Of a DNA stretch of 64,000 nt, positions 50,840 through 60,010 are shown piece by piece. The DNA lies in NCBI GenBank assembly GCA_016933515.1, contig JAFGAV010000113.1:19023-83022 (forward strand). Reading direction: 5' to 3'. Position 1 is the first letter of the stretch, and every line of letters begins with the position of its first letter. The notes beneath the pieces were generated by a model that worked only from the letters and a program-made list of their open reading frames with translations, did not search any database and was not told the origin of the DNA. The stretch is from Candidatus Aminicenantes bacterium (GTDB lineage Bacteria > Acidobacteriota > Aminicenantia > Aminicenantales > JAFGAV01). The translations under genes were made by a program, and so were the position numbers.

Positions 50840-52001
50840 GGCGGCTCTCCTCGAGGACGCTTCGGAAAATCCCTTCCATCTTTCGGGCCTGCGTTTCCGC
50901 CCGGAATTCCCTTGCCACCGACTTCCGGGCGTTTCCGACGACGCGGGCAACCTCCGCTTTTTTCCTGGAAAAAAAATCGACAAGCGCCCCGGCCAGGGCT
51001 TCGGGACGGTTCGACTCGACGAGGAAGCCGTTGACGCCGTGCCGGATGATCTCGGGCACGCCTCCCGTCGCCACGGCCAGGACGGGAATCCCGGCGGCCT
51101 GAGCCTCGACGATCGTCCGGCCGAAGGATTCGACCCGGGACGCCGAAACAAGAAGGCTCATGAGCGGCAGAACGGAGAACACGTCCGCGAACGAGCCGGC
51201 GAATCGGACGTCGCCCTCGACGTCCCGCCGGACGGCCGTTTCCCGAAGCCGGCCGAGGAAACGCCCGCCGGCGGCCGGACCGACGAACAACACTTTCAAT
51301 CCCTTTACCCTCCCGCGGACCAGGGCCAGGGCCTCGACCATTTCAGCCTGCCCTTTCGCCGGAGCGAGCCTGCCGACCACGCCTACGACCCTGTCCGGGA
51401 CGCGCAGCCCAAGTTTTTTCCTCAAGGCGGGATCGGGCGCGGGCTTCGTGCGGGGAATGAGAATTCCGTTGTGAACGACATCAACCCCCGGCGCCGGTCT
51501 GAACGCCGCGCCGGTGGCCAGGGAATTGACTACGACTCTCCGCGACAGGCGGCGGATAACCCGGACGAAAAGCCGGTTGCCCAGAAAGAAGCGGAGCAGA
51601 GGGCGCGGACCCGAAAGGATCTCATGAATGATCCAGACGTGGGGCCGTCCGGCGAGCCGCGCCGCCAACGCGCCGCCCACGGCGGCCGCCGAATTCGAGC
51701 ACACGAGATCGATGCCGCGCCTTCGGATCAGGCGCCGCAGCCGGAAAACGGACCGGATGTTCCACAGCCAGGCCGGCGGCTGCCTCCAAGCGGTTCCGGG
51801 AGCCGAAAGCCACCATTTCATGGGGACGACAACCGAGGGAATGTTCAAGGCCTCGGCTTCCTTGCGGAGAGGACCGCTTCGCGGGACGACAAGGAGAGGC
51901 CGGAAAACACGCCGATCCAGAGACCGCAGAAGATCGAGCAGCATGCGCTCGGCGCCGTTGAGCTCGGCGGTATGGGATACGAAAAGCACCCTCGCCGGCA
52001 T
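50829..52001 (-). CDS. glycosyltransferase family 4
   Basis: GT-B fold with 'VESFGRTIVEAQAAGIPVLA'. Confidence 0.75.
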   Translation of the reverse strand: MPARVLFVSHTAELNGAERMLLDLLRSLDRRVFRPLLVVPRSGPLRKEAEALNIPSVVVPMKWWLSAPGTAWRQPPAWLWNIRSVFRLRRLIRRRGIDLVCSNSAAAVGGALAARLAGRPHVWIIHEILSGPRPLLRFFLGNRLFVRVIRRLSRRVVVNSLATGAAFRPAPGVDVVHNGILIPRTKPAPDPALRKKLGLRVPDRVVGVVGRLAPAKGQAEMVEALALVRGRVKGLKVLFVGPAAGGRFLGRLRETAVRRDVEGDVRFAGSFADVFSVLPLMSLLVSASRVESFGRTIVEAQAAGIPVLAVATGGVPEIIRHGVNGFLVESNRPEALAGALVDFFSRKKAEVARVVGNARKSVAREFRAETQARKMEGIFRSVLEESRRGR

Positions 52002-52004
52002 ATC

Positions 52005-53132
52005 TCAGACCACGCTCCTGTAGAATTCCAGGGTTTGCCGGGCGGTTTCCGCCCACCGGAAGCGGCGGGCCCGTTGCGCGCCCCTGCTGGAGAGGTCGCG
52101 TCTCAGGGAGTCGTCCTCGAGAAGCCGGAGGACGGCATCGGTGAGGGACGCGGCGTCCTGGGGGTCGAAAAGGAGCGCCGCATCGCCGGCGACTTCGGGC
52201 AGGGCCGAAACCGAAGAGACGGCTGCGGGAAGCCCGGCGGCCATGGCCTCCAGAAGCGGAAGCCCGAAGCCCTCGCACAGGGAGGGAAGAACAAAAGCGG
52301 TCGCCAGGCGATAGAAGCCCTTCAACTCCATCTGCGGGACGTAGCCCGGCATGAGGACCGACGTCTCGAGTCCGAGGCGCCTCACCGCGGCCTTGACGTT
52401 GTCGAAATCTCCGCCCGCGCGCCCGGCGAGGACCAGGACGGCCTCCGGCCGACGGTTGAGGACGCCCGGCCAGCTCTCCACGAGCCGCGGCAGGTTTTTC
52501 CTCGGCTCAAAAGCGCCGACGAACAGGACGAACGTCTCCGGGAGGGCGTATCGGCGCCGCAGTCCTTCCAGGTCCTCCGGGGACGGCGGCTCGAAAAATC
52601 CCGGGTCGACCCCGAGCGGAACGGCGCGGACGGCGGTTTCGTCCGCGCCCAACCGCTCCAGAATCACCCGGCGGGAATACTCGGAAATCGTGATCACACC
52701 GTCGGCCCGGGCTACCGCCGCGGCGGCCCGTCGGGAAAACTCCCGTCGCGCTTCCGCGTCGGCAAGCTCGGGGTGCTCGAGGAAAAAAAGGTCGCAGACG
52801 GTCACGATCTTCCGTCCCCGTGTGGGAAGAAAGAGCGGCACCGGAGAATGCGTCACGTCCAACCGCGTTCCGAAAAAGGAATCGAGCGTCGGCCTTCCGA
52901 ACCTGTACCAGAGGGCATTCACCAGGCGCACGGGCAGCCGGACGTCCCGAAAGCGCTGCCTGGCGAATCCGGGAAGCTTGCTCCGGGGAAAACGGTCCTT
53001 CCACGACGAGGAAAACAGAAAATACTCGTTTTCCCGGTCGACGGCGGCCAGCTCGCGGAGAAGGTTTCTGAAGTAAACGCCGACGCCCGTCTCTTCCTTG
53101 AGAAACGGCCGGAGGTCGAAGCCGATGCGCAT
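52005..53132 (-). CDS. glycosyltransferase family 4
   Basis: Has 'MRIGFDLRPF' and 'CEGFGLPLLEAMAAGLPAAVS'. The start was taken at the internal ATG; the TTG at 53153 is also possible. Confidence 0.7.
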   Translation of the reverse strand: MRIGFDLRPFLKEETGVGVYFRNLLRELAAVDRENEYFLFSSSWKDRFPRSKLPGFARQRFRDVRLPVRLVNALWYRFGRPTLDSFFGTRLDVTHSPVPLFLPTRGRKIVTVCDLFFLEHPELADAEARREFSRRAAAAVARADGVITISEYSRRVILERLGADETAVRAVPLGVDPGFFEPPSPEDLEGLRRRYALPETFVLFVGAFEPRKNLPRLVESWPGVLNRRPEAVLVLAGRAGGDFDNVKAAVRRLGLETSVLMPGYVPQMELKGFYRLATAFVLPSLCEGFGLPLLEAMAAGLPAAVSSVSALPEVAGDAALLFDPQDAASLTDAVLRLLEDDSLRRDLSSRGAQRARRFRWAETARQTLEFYRSVV

Positions 53133-53177
53133 GGACCCCAAATGTATGCGCAACCCCTTGAAAAGTCAACGCGGTCC

Positions 53178-53255
53178 GGGCTCTATAACGCATTGTGTGG
53201 TGAATTCCAGTCTGAGGCCCAATGCTCACGCTGAAGGACCACCCAAAACGTCAGG
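53178..53255 (+). repeat. Copy 4 of the ~80-bp repeat family
   Basis: gggctctATAACGcattGTGTGGTGAATTCCAGTCTGAGGCCCAATGCTCACGCtgaAGGACCACCCAAAACGTCAgg. Confidence 0.8.
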
Positions 53256-53338
53256 AAGCCCGCGGTCCGACGGCCCGTCTTGCCTGCGCCTGCGGAGTCT
53301 GTTAAGATGATTTCCAATCGACGGGTTTGAGGATTCCC

Positions 53339-54568
53339 ATGGACGCATTCGAAAAAATCTCCAAACGCATTGACTCCTATCGGGACGAAATGATCGAAGC
53401 CCAGGTCCGGCTCTGCTCCCACCCGGCCGTCGCCCCCTCGTCCGGAGGCGAGGGGGAGGCCCGAAAAGCGGAATACCTCCTGGGGCTGCTGAAAACGATC
53501 GGGTTCCAGGACATCTCCCTGGTCAAGGCGCCGGACCCCGACGCGCCGTCCGGCTTTCGGCCGAACATCCTGGCCTGGTTCAAGGGCCGCAGCGCCGCCC
53601 GCACGGTGTGGGTCATGACCCACATGGACGTCGTTCCTCCCGGCGACCTGGCGCTGTGGCGGGGAGATCCGTTCAAAGCCTGGATCGAGGAAGGACGGAT
53701 CTACGGCCGAGGAACCGAGGACAACCAGCAGGACATGGTGGCCTCCCTGTTCGCCGTCAAGGCCCTGTCCGAGGAAGGTCTCATTCCCCCGAACGACATC
53801 GCCGTCGCCCTGGTGGCCGACGAGGAGACGGGCAGCGAAAAAGGCATCGGCTATGTTCTCGCCCATTCCAATCCGTTCAGGAAAAACGACCTCATCCTCG
53901 TCCCGGACGCCGGAAGCCCGGACGGTTCGATGATCGAAGTGGCCGAGAAGAGCATTCTGTGGCTGAAGTTCAAGACGCAGGGCAAGCAGACCCACGGCTC
54001 GACCCCCGAAAAGGGCAACAACAGCTTCCGGGCGGCGAGCTCTCTCGTCGTCGACCTGGGGAAGCTCTACCGGCTTTTCCCCGAGTCGAACAGGATCTTC
54101 GACCCGCCCACATCAACGTTCGAACCGACCAAGAAAGAAGCCAACGTCCCCAACATCAACACCATTCCCGGCGATGACGTGTTCTACATGGACAGCCGCA
54201 TCCTGCCCGCCACCGACGTGGAGGACGTCCTGAAAGCGGTCCGGCGCCTGACGCGGCGTGTGGAGAAGACATTCGAAGTCAAAATCCAAATCGAGGAAGT
54301 GCAAAACGCCCCTGCCGCCCCGCCGACGAGCGTCCGGGCGCCCGTGGTGCAGGCTCTCAAGAAGGCGGTCAAGGCGGTCTACGGCGTCACGGGCCGGGCC
54401 CAGGGAATCGGAGGCGGAACGGTGGCGGCACTGTTCCGCCGGGCCGGCTTCGAGGCCGCTTGTTGGTCGAAGCTCGACGACACCCTCCACCAGCCCAACG
54501 AATATTGCGTCATCGACAACTTGATGGGCGATTCCAAAGTCTTCGCCCACGTCTTTCTTCAGGAATGA
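53339..54568 (+). CDS. M20 family metallopeptidase (ArgE/DapE-like)
   Basis: Has 'VMTHMDVVPPG', 'GRGTEDNQQDM' and 'ADEETGSEKG' M20 metal ligands. GAGGA RBS. Confidence 0.75.
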   Translation: MDAFEKISKRIDSYRDEMIEAQVRLCSHPAVAPSSGGEGEARKAEYLLGLLKTIGFQDISLVKAPDPDAPSGFRPNILAWFKGRSAARTVWVMTHMDVVPPGDLALWRGDPFKAWIEEGRIYGRGTEDNQQDMVASLFAVKALSEEGLIPPNDIAVALVADEETGSEKGIGYVLAHSNPFRKNDLILVPDAGSPDGSMIEVAEKSILWLKFKTQGKQTHGSTPEKGNNSFRAASSLVVDLGKLYRLFPESNRIFDPPTSTFEPTKKEANVPNINTIPGDDVFYMDSRILPATDVEDVLKAVRRLTRRVEKTFEVKIQIEEVQNAPAAPPTSVRAPVVQALKKAVKAVYGVTGRAQGIGGGTVAALFRRAGFEAACWSKLDDTLHQPNEYCVIDNLMGDSKVFAHVFLQE

Positions 54569-55542
54569 CTGGCTGGCGGCCGAGACGGTAAAATCCTGAA
54601 CCGGCGCAGGGTCTTCTGGGCGACGGAGATCGTATTGAGGTGGATGGCGACCACGTCCTCCACGTCGGCCGCATAGCCGCCGGCCAGAACCACAGTCAAA
54701 GGGATGCCGAGGCGCCGGGCGTTTTCAATCACGATCCTGTCTCTCTCGCGCAGCCCCTCCCGGGTCACCTTCAAGCCGCCCAGCTGGTCGCCCACAAAGG
54801 GATCGGCGCCGGCCAGGTAGAAAACGATGTCGGGCGCGAATTCCCGGTACAAACGCGGAAAATAGGCGTTCATGGCCGACAAATATTCCTCGTCCCCGTC
54901 TCCGGACCACAGGCCGACATCCACGGTGCTCGGCGGCTTCTCGGCCGGGTAGACGTCCATCTGATGAATGGAGAACGTGAACACGAATCCCTGGCGGGAA
55001 AAGATTGAAGCCGTGCCGTTCCCCTGATGGAGATCGCAGTCGACGATCATGGCTTTTTGAATTTTCCTCTCGACCTTGAGCTTGAGGCAGGACACGGCCA
55101 CGTCGTTGAGCAGGCAGAATCCCTCGCCGTGGTCGGGGAAGGCGTGGTGGAAACCGCCGCCCAAATGAACGGCCAGGCCGCACCGCAGGGCCTGCTCGGC
55201 GGCGATGACCGTGCCGCCGACGCTCAAGAAGGCGAAACGGACAAGGTCCGGAGAAAAGGGAAGCTCGAGAGCCGTCGCCTCGGCGTGGGACAGGCCTCCC
55301 GTCTTGAGCTTGCGGAGGTATTTGGGCGTATGGACCAAGAGGAGATCTTTTTCCGTCGCCGGACGCGGCTTCAAAAAATCCTCCCGCCGGGCGCCGCGGG
55401 AGGCCAGCCTCTCGTAGACCATGCGGTATTTTTTCACCGGAAAGACATGCTTGGCCGTGGGCCACATCCAGTACTCGGGGCTGTAGACATAGCTCAGCCT
55501 TTGTCGTCCGAGAGGAAGGAGGAAGGACAGGATGTTCGGCAT
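54559..55542 (-). CDS. histone deacetylase superfamily protein (AcuC/acetoin-utilisation-type deacetylase)
   Basis: Has 'HLGGGFHHAFPDHGEGFCLLNDVAV' and 'DCDLHQGNGT' HDAC catalytic motifs. Confidence 0.8.
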   Translation of the reverse strand: MPNILSFLLPLGRQRLSYVYSPEYWMWPTAKHVFPVKKYRMVYERLASRGARREDFLKPRPATEKDLLLVHTPKYLRKLKTGGLSHAEATALELPFSPDLVRFAFLSVGGTVIAAEQALRCGLAVHLGGGFHHAFPDHGEGFCLLNDVAVSCLKLKVERKIQKAMIVDCDLHQGNGTASIFSRQGFVFTFSIHQMDVYPAEKPPSTVDVGLWSGDGDEEYLSAMNAYFPRLYREFAPDIVFYLAGADPFVGDQLGGLKVTREGLRERDRIVIENARRLGIPLTVVLAGGYAADVEDVVAIHLNTISVAQKTLRRFRILPSRPPASHS

Positions 55543-55600
55543 GTCGGCAAAGGACCCCTACCATACCAGAAAACCGGTCCGAGGTAAACGGAAGTCCGGC

Positions 55601-55680
55601 TCCATGACGTTTTGTGCGGTCCTTCAGCGTGAGCATTGGCCCTCAGACTGGAATCCACCACACAATGCGTCATAGAGCCC
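55601..55680 (-). repeat. Copy 5 of the ~80-bp repeat family, an inverted partner of copy 4
   Basis: Its reverse complement is gggctctATGACGcattGTGTGGTGGATTCCAGTCTGAGGGCCAATGCTCACGCtgaAGGACCGCACAAAACGTCATgga. That is about 94% identical to copy 4. Confidence 0.8.
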
Positions 55681-55877
55681 GGAAGTCCTCGCCGCCGTGA
55701 GCGCCCGGCGAAGACATCCCCATCGAGGAGGCGGACCGGCAGGAACGCGTTGCTGGGAACGAGCGGGGGGAGGCGGAGATTGCGGGTCCGGGATGAGGTC
55801 GCTCGGAAGGCTCTGCCCGTGAAAGAGGACGGCCGTCCGCGGGCGGAGCGGAGATGCGGGAAGCGACGGAAAAAAGC

Positions 55878-55907
55878 TTGAAATCGGCGGACGAAAATCA
55901 CTATGAT
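55878..55907 (+). promoter_or_regulatory. sigma70-like promoter candidate for proline dehydrogenase gene
   Basis: TTGAAA, an 18-nt spacer, then TATGAT, about 45 nt upstream of the ATG at 55951. Confidence 0.4.
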
Positions 55908-55950
55908 AGACGCTCATGGCAAATCCCATGCCTCCCAAGGAGACCGTCCC

Positions 55951-56796
55951 ATGAAACTTTTCACCCGAATGGCCGGGAGCTTCGTCGCCGGCGAGACGGC
56001 CGAAGAAGCGCTCAAACAGGTTCGCAAGCTCAAGGACAAAGGCATTATGGTCACTCTCGACATCCTGGGCGAGAGCGTCACGGACCGCGCCCAGGCGGAC
56101 AAGGCCGTCCAGGATTACCTCGATCTCTTGGACATTCTGAAAGAGAACAAGGAAGACTGTCACGTCTCCCTGAAACTGACCCAAATGGGGCTGGACATCG
56201 AAGAGGAATACTGCTACCGAAACATGGTCAGGATCGTCTCCAAGGCCAAGGAGAGCGGCCGTTTCGTCCGCATCGACATGGAAGGCTCGGATGTGACCCA
56301 GAAGACCCTGGACATCTTCTACCGCTTGAGGAAAGAGTTCGACAACGTCGGCATCGCCGTCCAGGCCTACCTCCACCGCACGGCGAAGGATGTGGACGAC
56401 ATCATCAAGGCCAAGGGCAAGATCCGGCTTTGCAAGGGCGCCTACAAGGAGCCGGCCAAGGTGGCCATCAAGAAGATGAAGGACATCCGCGAAAACTTCA
56501 TCAAGCTGACGGAAACGCTTCTTCGGGAAAGCGACTATCCCGCAATCGGCTCCCACGACGGCAAAATCATCGAATGGACCAAGGCATACGTCGAGGAGAA
56601 CAAGATTCCCCGCGACGCCTTCGAATTCCAGCTCCTCTACGGCCTGCGGAACAAGACCCAGCAGAAGCTCGCCGCCGACGGCTGGCGCGTCCGCGCCTAC
56701 GTGCCCTTCGGCACGCATTGGTTTCCCTACTTTTTCCGCCGCCTGCGGGAGCGCAAGGAAAACGTCTTCGTCGTTTTGAAGAACATGTTCCGCTGA
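55951..56796 (+). CDS. proline dehydrogenase (stand-alone PutA-like PRODH domain)
   Basis: About 280 aa with PRODH-family 'FVAGET..EAL' and 'RLCKGAYKE' motifs. An AAGGAG RBS sits 8 nt upstream. Confidence 0.75.
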   Translation: MKLFTRMAGSFVAGETAEEALKQVRKLKDKGIMVTLDILGESVTDRAQADKAVQDYLDLLDILKENKEDCHVSLKLTQMGLDIEEEYCYRNMVRIVSKAKESGRFVRIDMEGSDVTQKTLDIFYRLRKEFDNVGIAVQAYLHRTAKDVDDIIKAKGKIRLCKGAYKEPAKVAIKKMKDIRENFIKLTETLLRESDYPAIGSHDGKIIEWTKAYVEENKIPRDAFEFQLLYGLRNKTQQKLAADGWRVRAYVPFGTHWFPYFFRRLRERKENVFVVLKNMFR

Positions 56797-56883
56797 GGGA
56801 ACGGGTCCTCGTCCCCTTTTCCCTCCATCCTGAGGGAGAAAACCTCCGGCTTCCGCCGGCAAAAAAGAAAGGAGAATCCGGCG

Positions 56884-58116
56884 ATGAACGATCCGCGACG
56901 CTTCAACCGGCGGGAATTCCTCAGGAGGTCCGCCGCGGCCGCAGCGGCGGGTCTGGCCGGCGGCCTGGCCGGACAGTCGGCGTTCGCCGAAGCGGATCCG
57001 GTCGGCGAAGCCGCGCGGAAGGTCGGGCGGCTGCCGCGCCGCAAGCTGGGCCCGAGCGGACGCGAGGTGAGCGTTCTCATCGGCGCCGGAGACCTGGCCC
57101 CGGCGCCGGCCGAAGCGGCCATCCTGTGCGGCGTCAACTTCTGGCACAAGGCCAACCGTTGGGCGCGGAACGGGGCTCCGGAAGCCGTCCTGAAAAACCG
57201 GGAGGCGCATTACTGTCAGGTGACCGTGGACCGCGTCGGTGGAAACCATGAAGTCGGCCGGATCGACGAGCAGGCGCATTACGATTTCGTCAAGGAGATG
57301 ATCGCGCGCACCGGCCTCCGTTATTTCGACGACATGCAGCTGCACTACGGATACCACAACCGGGCCGAGGTCAAAGCCGAACGCGGCTTCGTCCGGGCTT
57401 TCGAACGGTTGAAAAAGGAAGGCCTGGTCAAGCATCTCTGCCTATCCCAGCACGGCTACGCCGGGAACGCCCGGGTGCCGGGCGGCGAGAGCGCCGCCGA
57501 GATCCTGACCGCGGTCGTCGAGGACGGTCTCTACGAGCACGCCCAGATCATCTATTCCTACGGTCCGGACAAGGACATCAACGACTTTCTGAGCTTGGCC
57601 CGCAGGAAGAATTTCGGGACGATCGCCATGAAAACCGCCCGGGGCCTGGGCCGGATGAAGCAGGACGGGGATTTCATGGCCGCGCTGCCCGAGGGCGCGG
57701 CTCCCCACAACGCGCTCGTCCGCTGGCTGACCACGGCCACGGAACTCGACGCCGTCGTCATCCGCGTCCGCAGCCTGGACGAATTCGTCGAGACGTTCTC
57801 GGGCGCCGGAAAACCGCTGAGGAGCGCGGACGCAACCGCCGTCGCGTTGATGACCGCCCGGGCCGACAGGACGGCCTGCCGCCTGTGCACCGCCTGCCAG
57901 CCCCATTGTCCCCAACGCGTGCCCATCGCCGAGATCCTGCGCTTCGAGCGCTACGCTTTGGACGACGGGGATTGGCAGAAAGCCCGAGCGCTCTATGCCG
58001 GGCTCGAACGCCGGGCCGACGCCTGCCGGGCCTGCGGGACGTGCGTGGCGCATTGCCCTCTGGGTTTGCCCATCCCCGAGAAGCTGGCCGCGGCCCACGC
58101 CGTTCTTTCCGCCTGA
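56884..58116 (+). CDS. Tat-exported aldo/keto reductase-like oxidoreductase with C-terminal 4Fe-4S ferredoxin domain
   Basis: Has a twin-arginine signal 'RREFLRRSAAAAAAGLAG', an AKR-like TIM barrel, and a C-terminal 'CRLCTACQPHCP...CRACGTCVAHCP' domain. Confidence 0.7.
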   Translation: MNDPRRFNRREFLRRSAAAAAAGLAGGLAGQSAFAEADPVGEAARKVGRLPRRKLGPSGREVSVLIGAGDLAPAPAEAAILCGVNFWHKANRWARNGAPEAVLKNREAHYCQVTVDRVGGNHEVGRIDEQAHYDFVKEMIARTGLRYFDDMQLHYGYHNRAEVKAERGFVRAFERLKKEGLVKHLCLSQHGYAGNARVPGGESAAEILTAVVEDGLYEHAQIIYSYGPDKDINDFLSLARRKNFGTIAMKTARGLGRMKQDGDFMAALPEGAAPHNALVRWLTTATELDAVVIRVRSLDEFVETFSGAGKPLRSADATAVALMTARADRTACRLCTACQPHCPQRVPIAEILRFERYALDDGDWQKARALYAGLERRADACRACGTCVAHCPLGLPIPEKLAAAHAVLSA

Positions 58117-58214
58117 TAAAAGAGCGGCATCGCCTCTCCTCTATCGTTTTTCCGTTCAAATCGAGAGGGTTTTTTCCTCTTCCTTCCCCGCTCGTTCAGG
58201 AACCGCGCCGCGGG

Positions 58215-59849
58215 CTATTTCAGGGGCGCGTGATATTTTTTCCCGTCCAGGGGCGACCAGTACCCGAAGCTTTCCTCCTGGACGCGGCACCGGCCTTCGG
58301 ACGTCCAGCGGACGCCGTAGTTGTAGCCGAACCATAGGTATTCGTCCCCGCCGCCGTTCTCGGTGGTGATGATGTAACGGGCGGCGACATTCCCGATGCC
58401 CAGGGCCTTGTCCCCGGCGGGAGCGCCCTCGCCCCGGTCGCCCTTGTTGACGTCGAACGGCAGCCAGCCGTAGGGCGGCAGATAAACTTCCGTCCAGCGG
58501 TGAAAGACGTCGTCGACGCTGGCGTCGTCGCCCCGGAGGCTCACGGCCCCGACGTAGCGGATGGGAACGCCCAGGGAACGGCAGAGAGCGATCATGGCGT
58601 AGGAGTATTCGGAGCACGAGGCCGTCCCCCGACGAAGAACGGTCGGGGCGGGATTCCAGCCGCCCACGGGCTTGAGATTGTAGCTCAGGTTGTCGGCCAG
58701 GTATTCATAGATCCGCCGCACGATCCAGTACGGATTCTTCTCCTGCCCGGCGATCTTCCGGGCGAGTTCCCGGATAAAGGGATCGCTCAGCCGGTACTTG
58801 TCGCCGTCTTGAGTGTACTTCCGTCTGATGTCCGCCGGGATGTCGTCCAGGGCGCCGATCCGGTCGGGGTAAAGGAAATATTCGACCGCACAGATTTCGG
58901 CCTCCGCTCTCCAGGCCGGACGGACGACCGCGCATCCCTTGAGGTCCCGGTAGGCGAAATGGGCGATCTTCTGTCCCCAGGCATCCTCGATGATCTCGGC
59001 CGGCTCGTCGCCGAACGCGACAGGGCCGAGAAGCTTCTGGTTGTCCCGGTCCTCGGGAAGGGGCAGATAGACATCCAAGCTCGTGACCGTCCCCGGGCCG
59101 TAGTTGCGGAATTCCTTGACGAAATCGAGCGCCAGTGTCTTTTTGTCCCACTTGGTCAGGATGTTGGAATCAAAGACCCGAATCTTGTAGATTTCGTCGT
59201 TTTCGTAATCGACGCACCACAGGGCGTCGCCTCCCCAAGCCATCCCGGAAGGAAACGGGCCGTAAGAGCGAAGCGAGGAGAGATAGAGGCCGTCCGCGGG
59301 ATTGAGGAGGTAGACGCGGTCTGCGCCCCTGTCGGCGACCCAAAGGTATTTTCCGTCGAAGGTCAGGCCCGTGGGCTCGCCGGAGGGCGCGCCGACGGTC
59401 TGGACCATCATCCCGTCCACGGTCGAGACCTTGATCAGGATGTCGCTCCGGAAATCGGCGATCCAGACGTATTCGCCGTCGAAAGCCAGGTCGCGGGGGC
59501 TGGGGCTGTTCGATTCGAGGACGGAAAGGGCTTTCCCCGTCTCGGGATCGAGCTTGTACATCAGCCTCTCCCCCGAATCGACGTGCCAGAGATGACGGCC
59601 GTCCCAGGCCAATCCTTCGGGGTGATGGCCCGGAGCGTCGAAGCTCCGGAGCGTCTCGCCGGTCTCGGGGTCGATCTTGTAAATCTTGTCCGTAAAATCC
59701 TCCGCCAGCCAGAGATGCTGTCCGTCGAAAGCCAGGCCGGTCGGGCGCGGCCCCGGCGTCTTGATGACCTTGAGCACATCGCCGACCGTTCCCCAGGAGA
59801 GGGCGGCGCAGAATACGATAAGGCAGAGACAAAAACCCAATTTTTTCAT
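58215..59849 (-). CDS. secreted beta-propeller (glutaminyl-cyclase-like repeats) plus transglutaminase-like cysteine protease domain protein
   Basis: Has a signal peptide, five 'G(L/M)A(F/W)DG..LW..D' blades, and a C-terminal 'GTASCSEYSYAMIALCRSLGVPIRYV' transglutaminase core. An AAGGAG RBS sits 7 nt upstream of the ATG at 59849. Confidence 0.7.
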   Translation of the reverse strand: MKKLGFCLCLIVFCAALSWGTVGDVLKVIKTPGPRPTGLAFDGQHLWLAEDFTDKIYKIDPETGETLRSFDAPGHHPEGLAWDGRHLWHVDSGERLMYKLDPETGKALSVLESNSPSPRDLAFDGEYVWIADFRSDILIKVSTVDGMMVQTVGAPSGEPTGLTFDGKYLWVADRGADRVYLLNPADGLYLSSLRSYGPFPSGMAWGGDALWCVDYENDEIYKIRVFDSNILTKWDKKTLALDFVKEFRNYGPGTVTSLDVYLPLPEDRDNQKLLGPVAFGDEPAEIIEDAWGQKIAHFAYRDLKGCAVVRPAWRAEAEICAVEYFLYPDRIGALDDIPADIRRKYTQDGDKYRLSDPFIRELARKIAGQEKNPYWIVRRIYEYLADNLSYNLKPVGGWNPAPTVLRRGTASCSEYSYAMIALCRSLGVPIRYVGAVSLRGDDASVDDVFHRWTEVYLPPYGWLPFDVNKGDRGEGAPAGDKALGIGNVAARYIITTENGGGDEYLWFGYNYGVRWTSEGRCRVQEESFGYWSPLDGKKYHAPLK

Positions 59850-60010
59850 AGCCGTCTCCTTTTTTCTTTTGATTATACTATACGGGGTTGCGTCTACACT
59901 TTCCAATTATATTAGCGCTTCCGGGGCGAGGCGGCGCGGCGCTTCGAGCGCCGGAGCGGCCTCCGCCGTCCACGCTGCGGATTTCGGTAAAAATGGCCTG
60001 TCCGGAACAC

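Noticed and set aside
48815-51151. 778-aa ORF with an Arg/Ser/Pro-rich 100-aa N-terminal extension (possible novel domain or programmed overlap)
   Set aside because: The extension overlaps the upstream GT4 gene out of frame, has low-complexity GC-driven composition, and is preceded internally by a GTG with a GGAGAG RBS at the upstream stop. The true start is 50839.
58128-58175. Possible bidirectional terminator between the AKR and transglutaminase genes (cctctcc...gagaggg + TTTTTT)
   Set aside because: The stem is short (6-7 bp) with a ~25-nt loop, too weak to call confidently.
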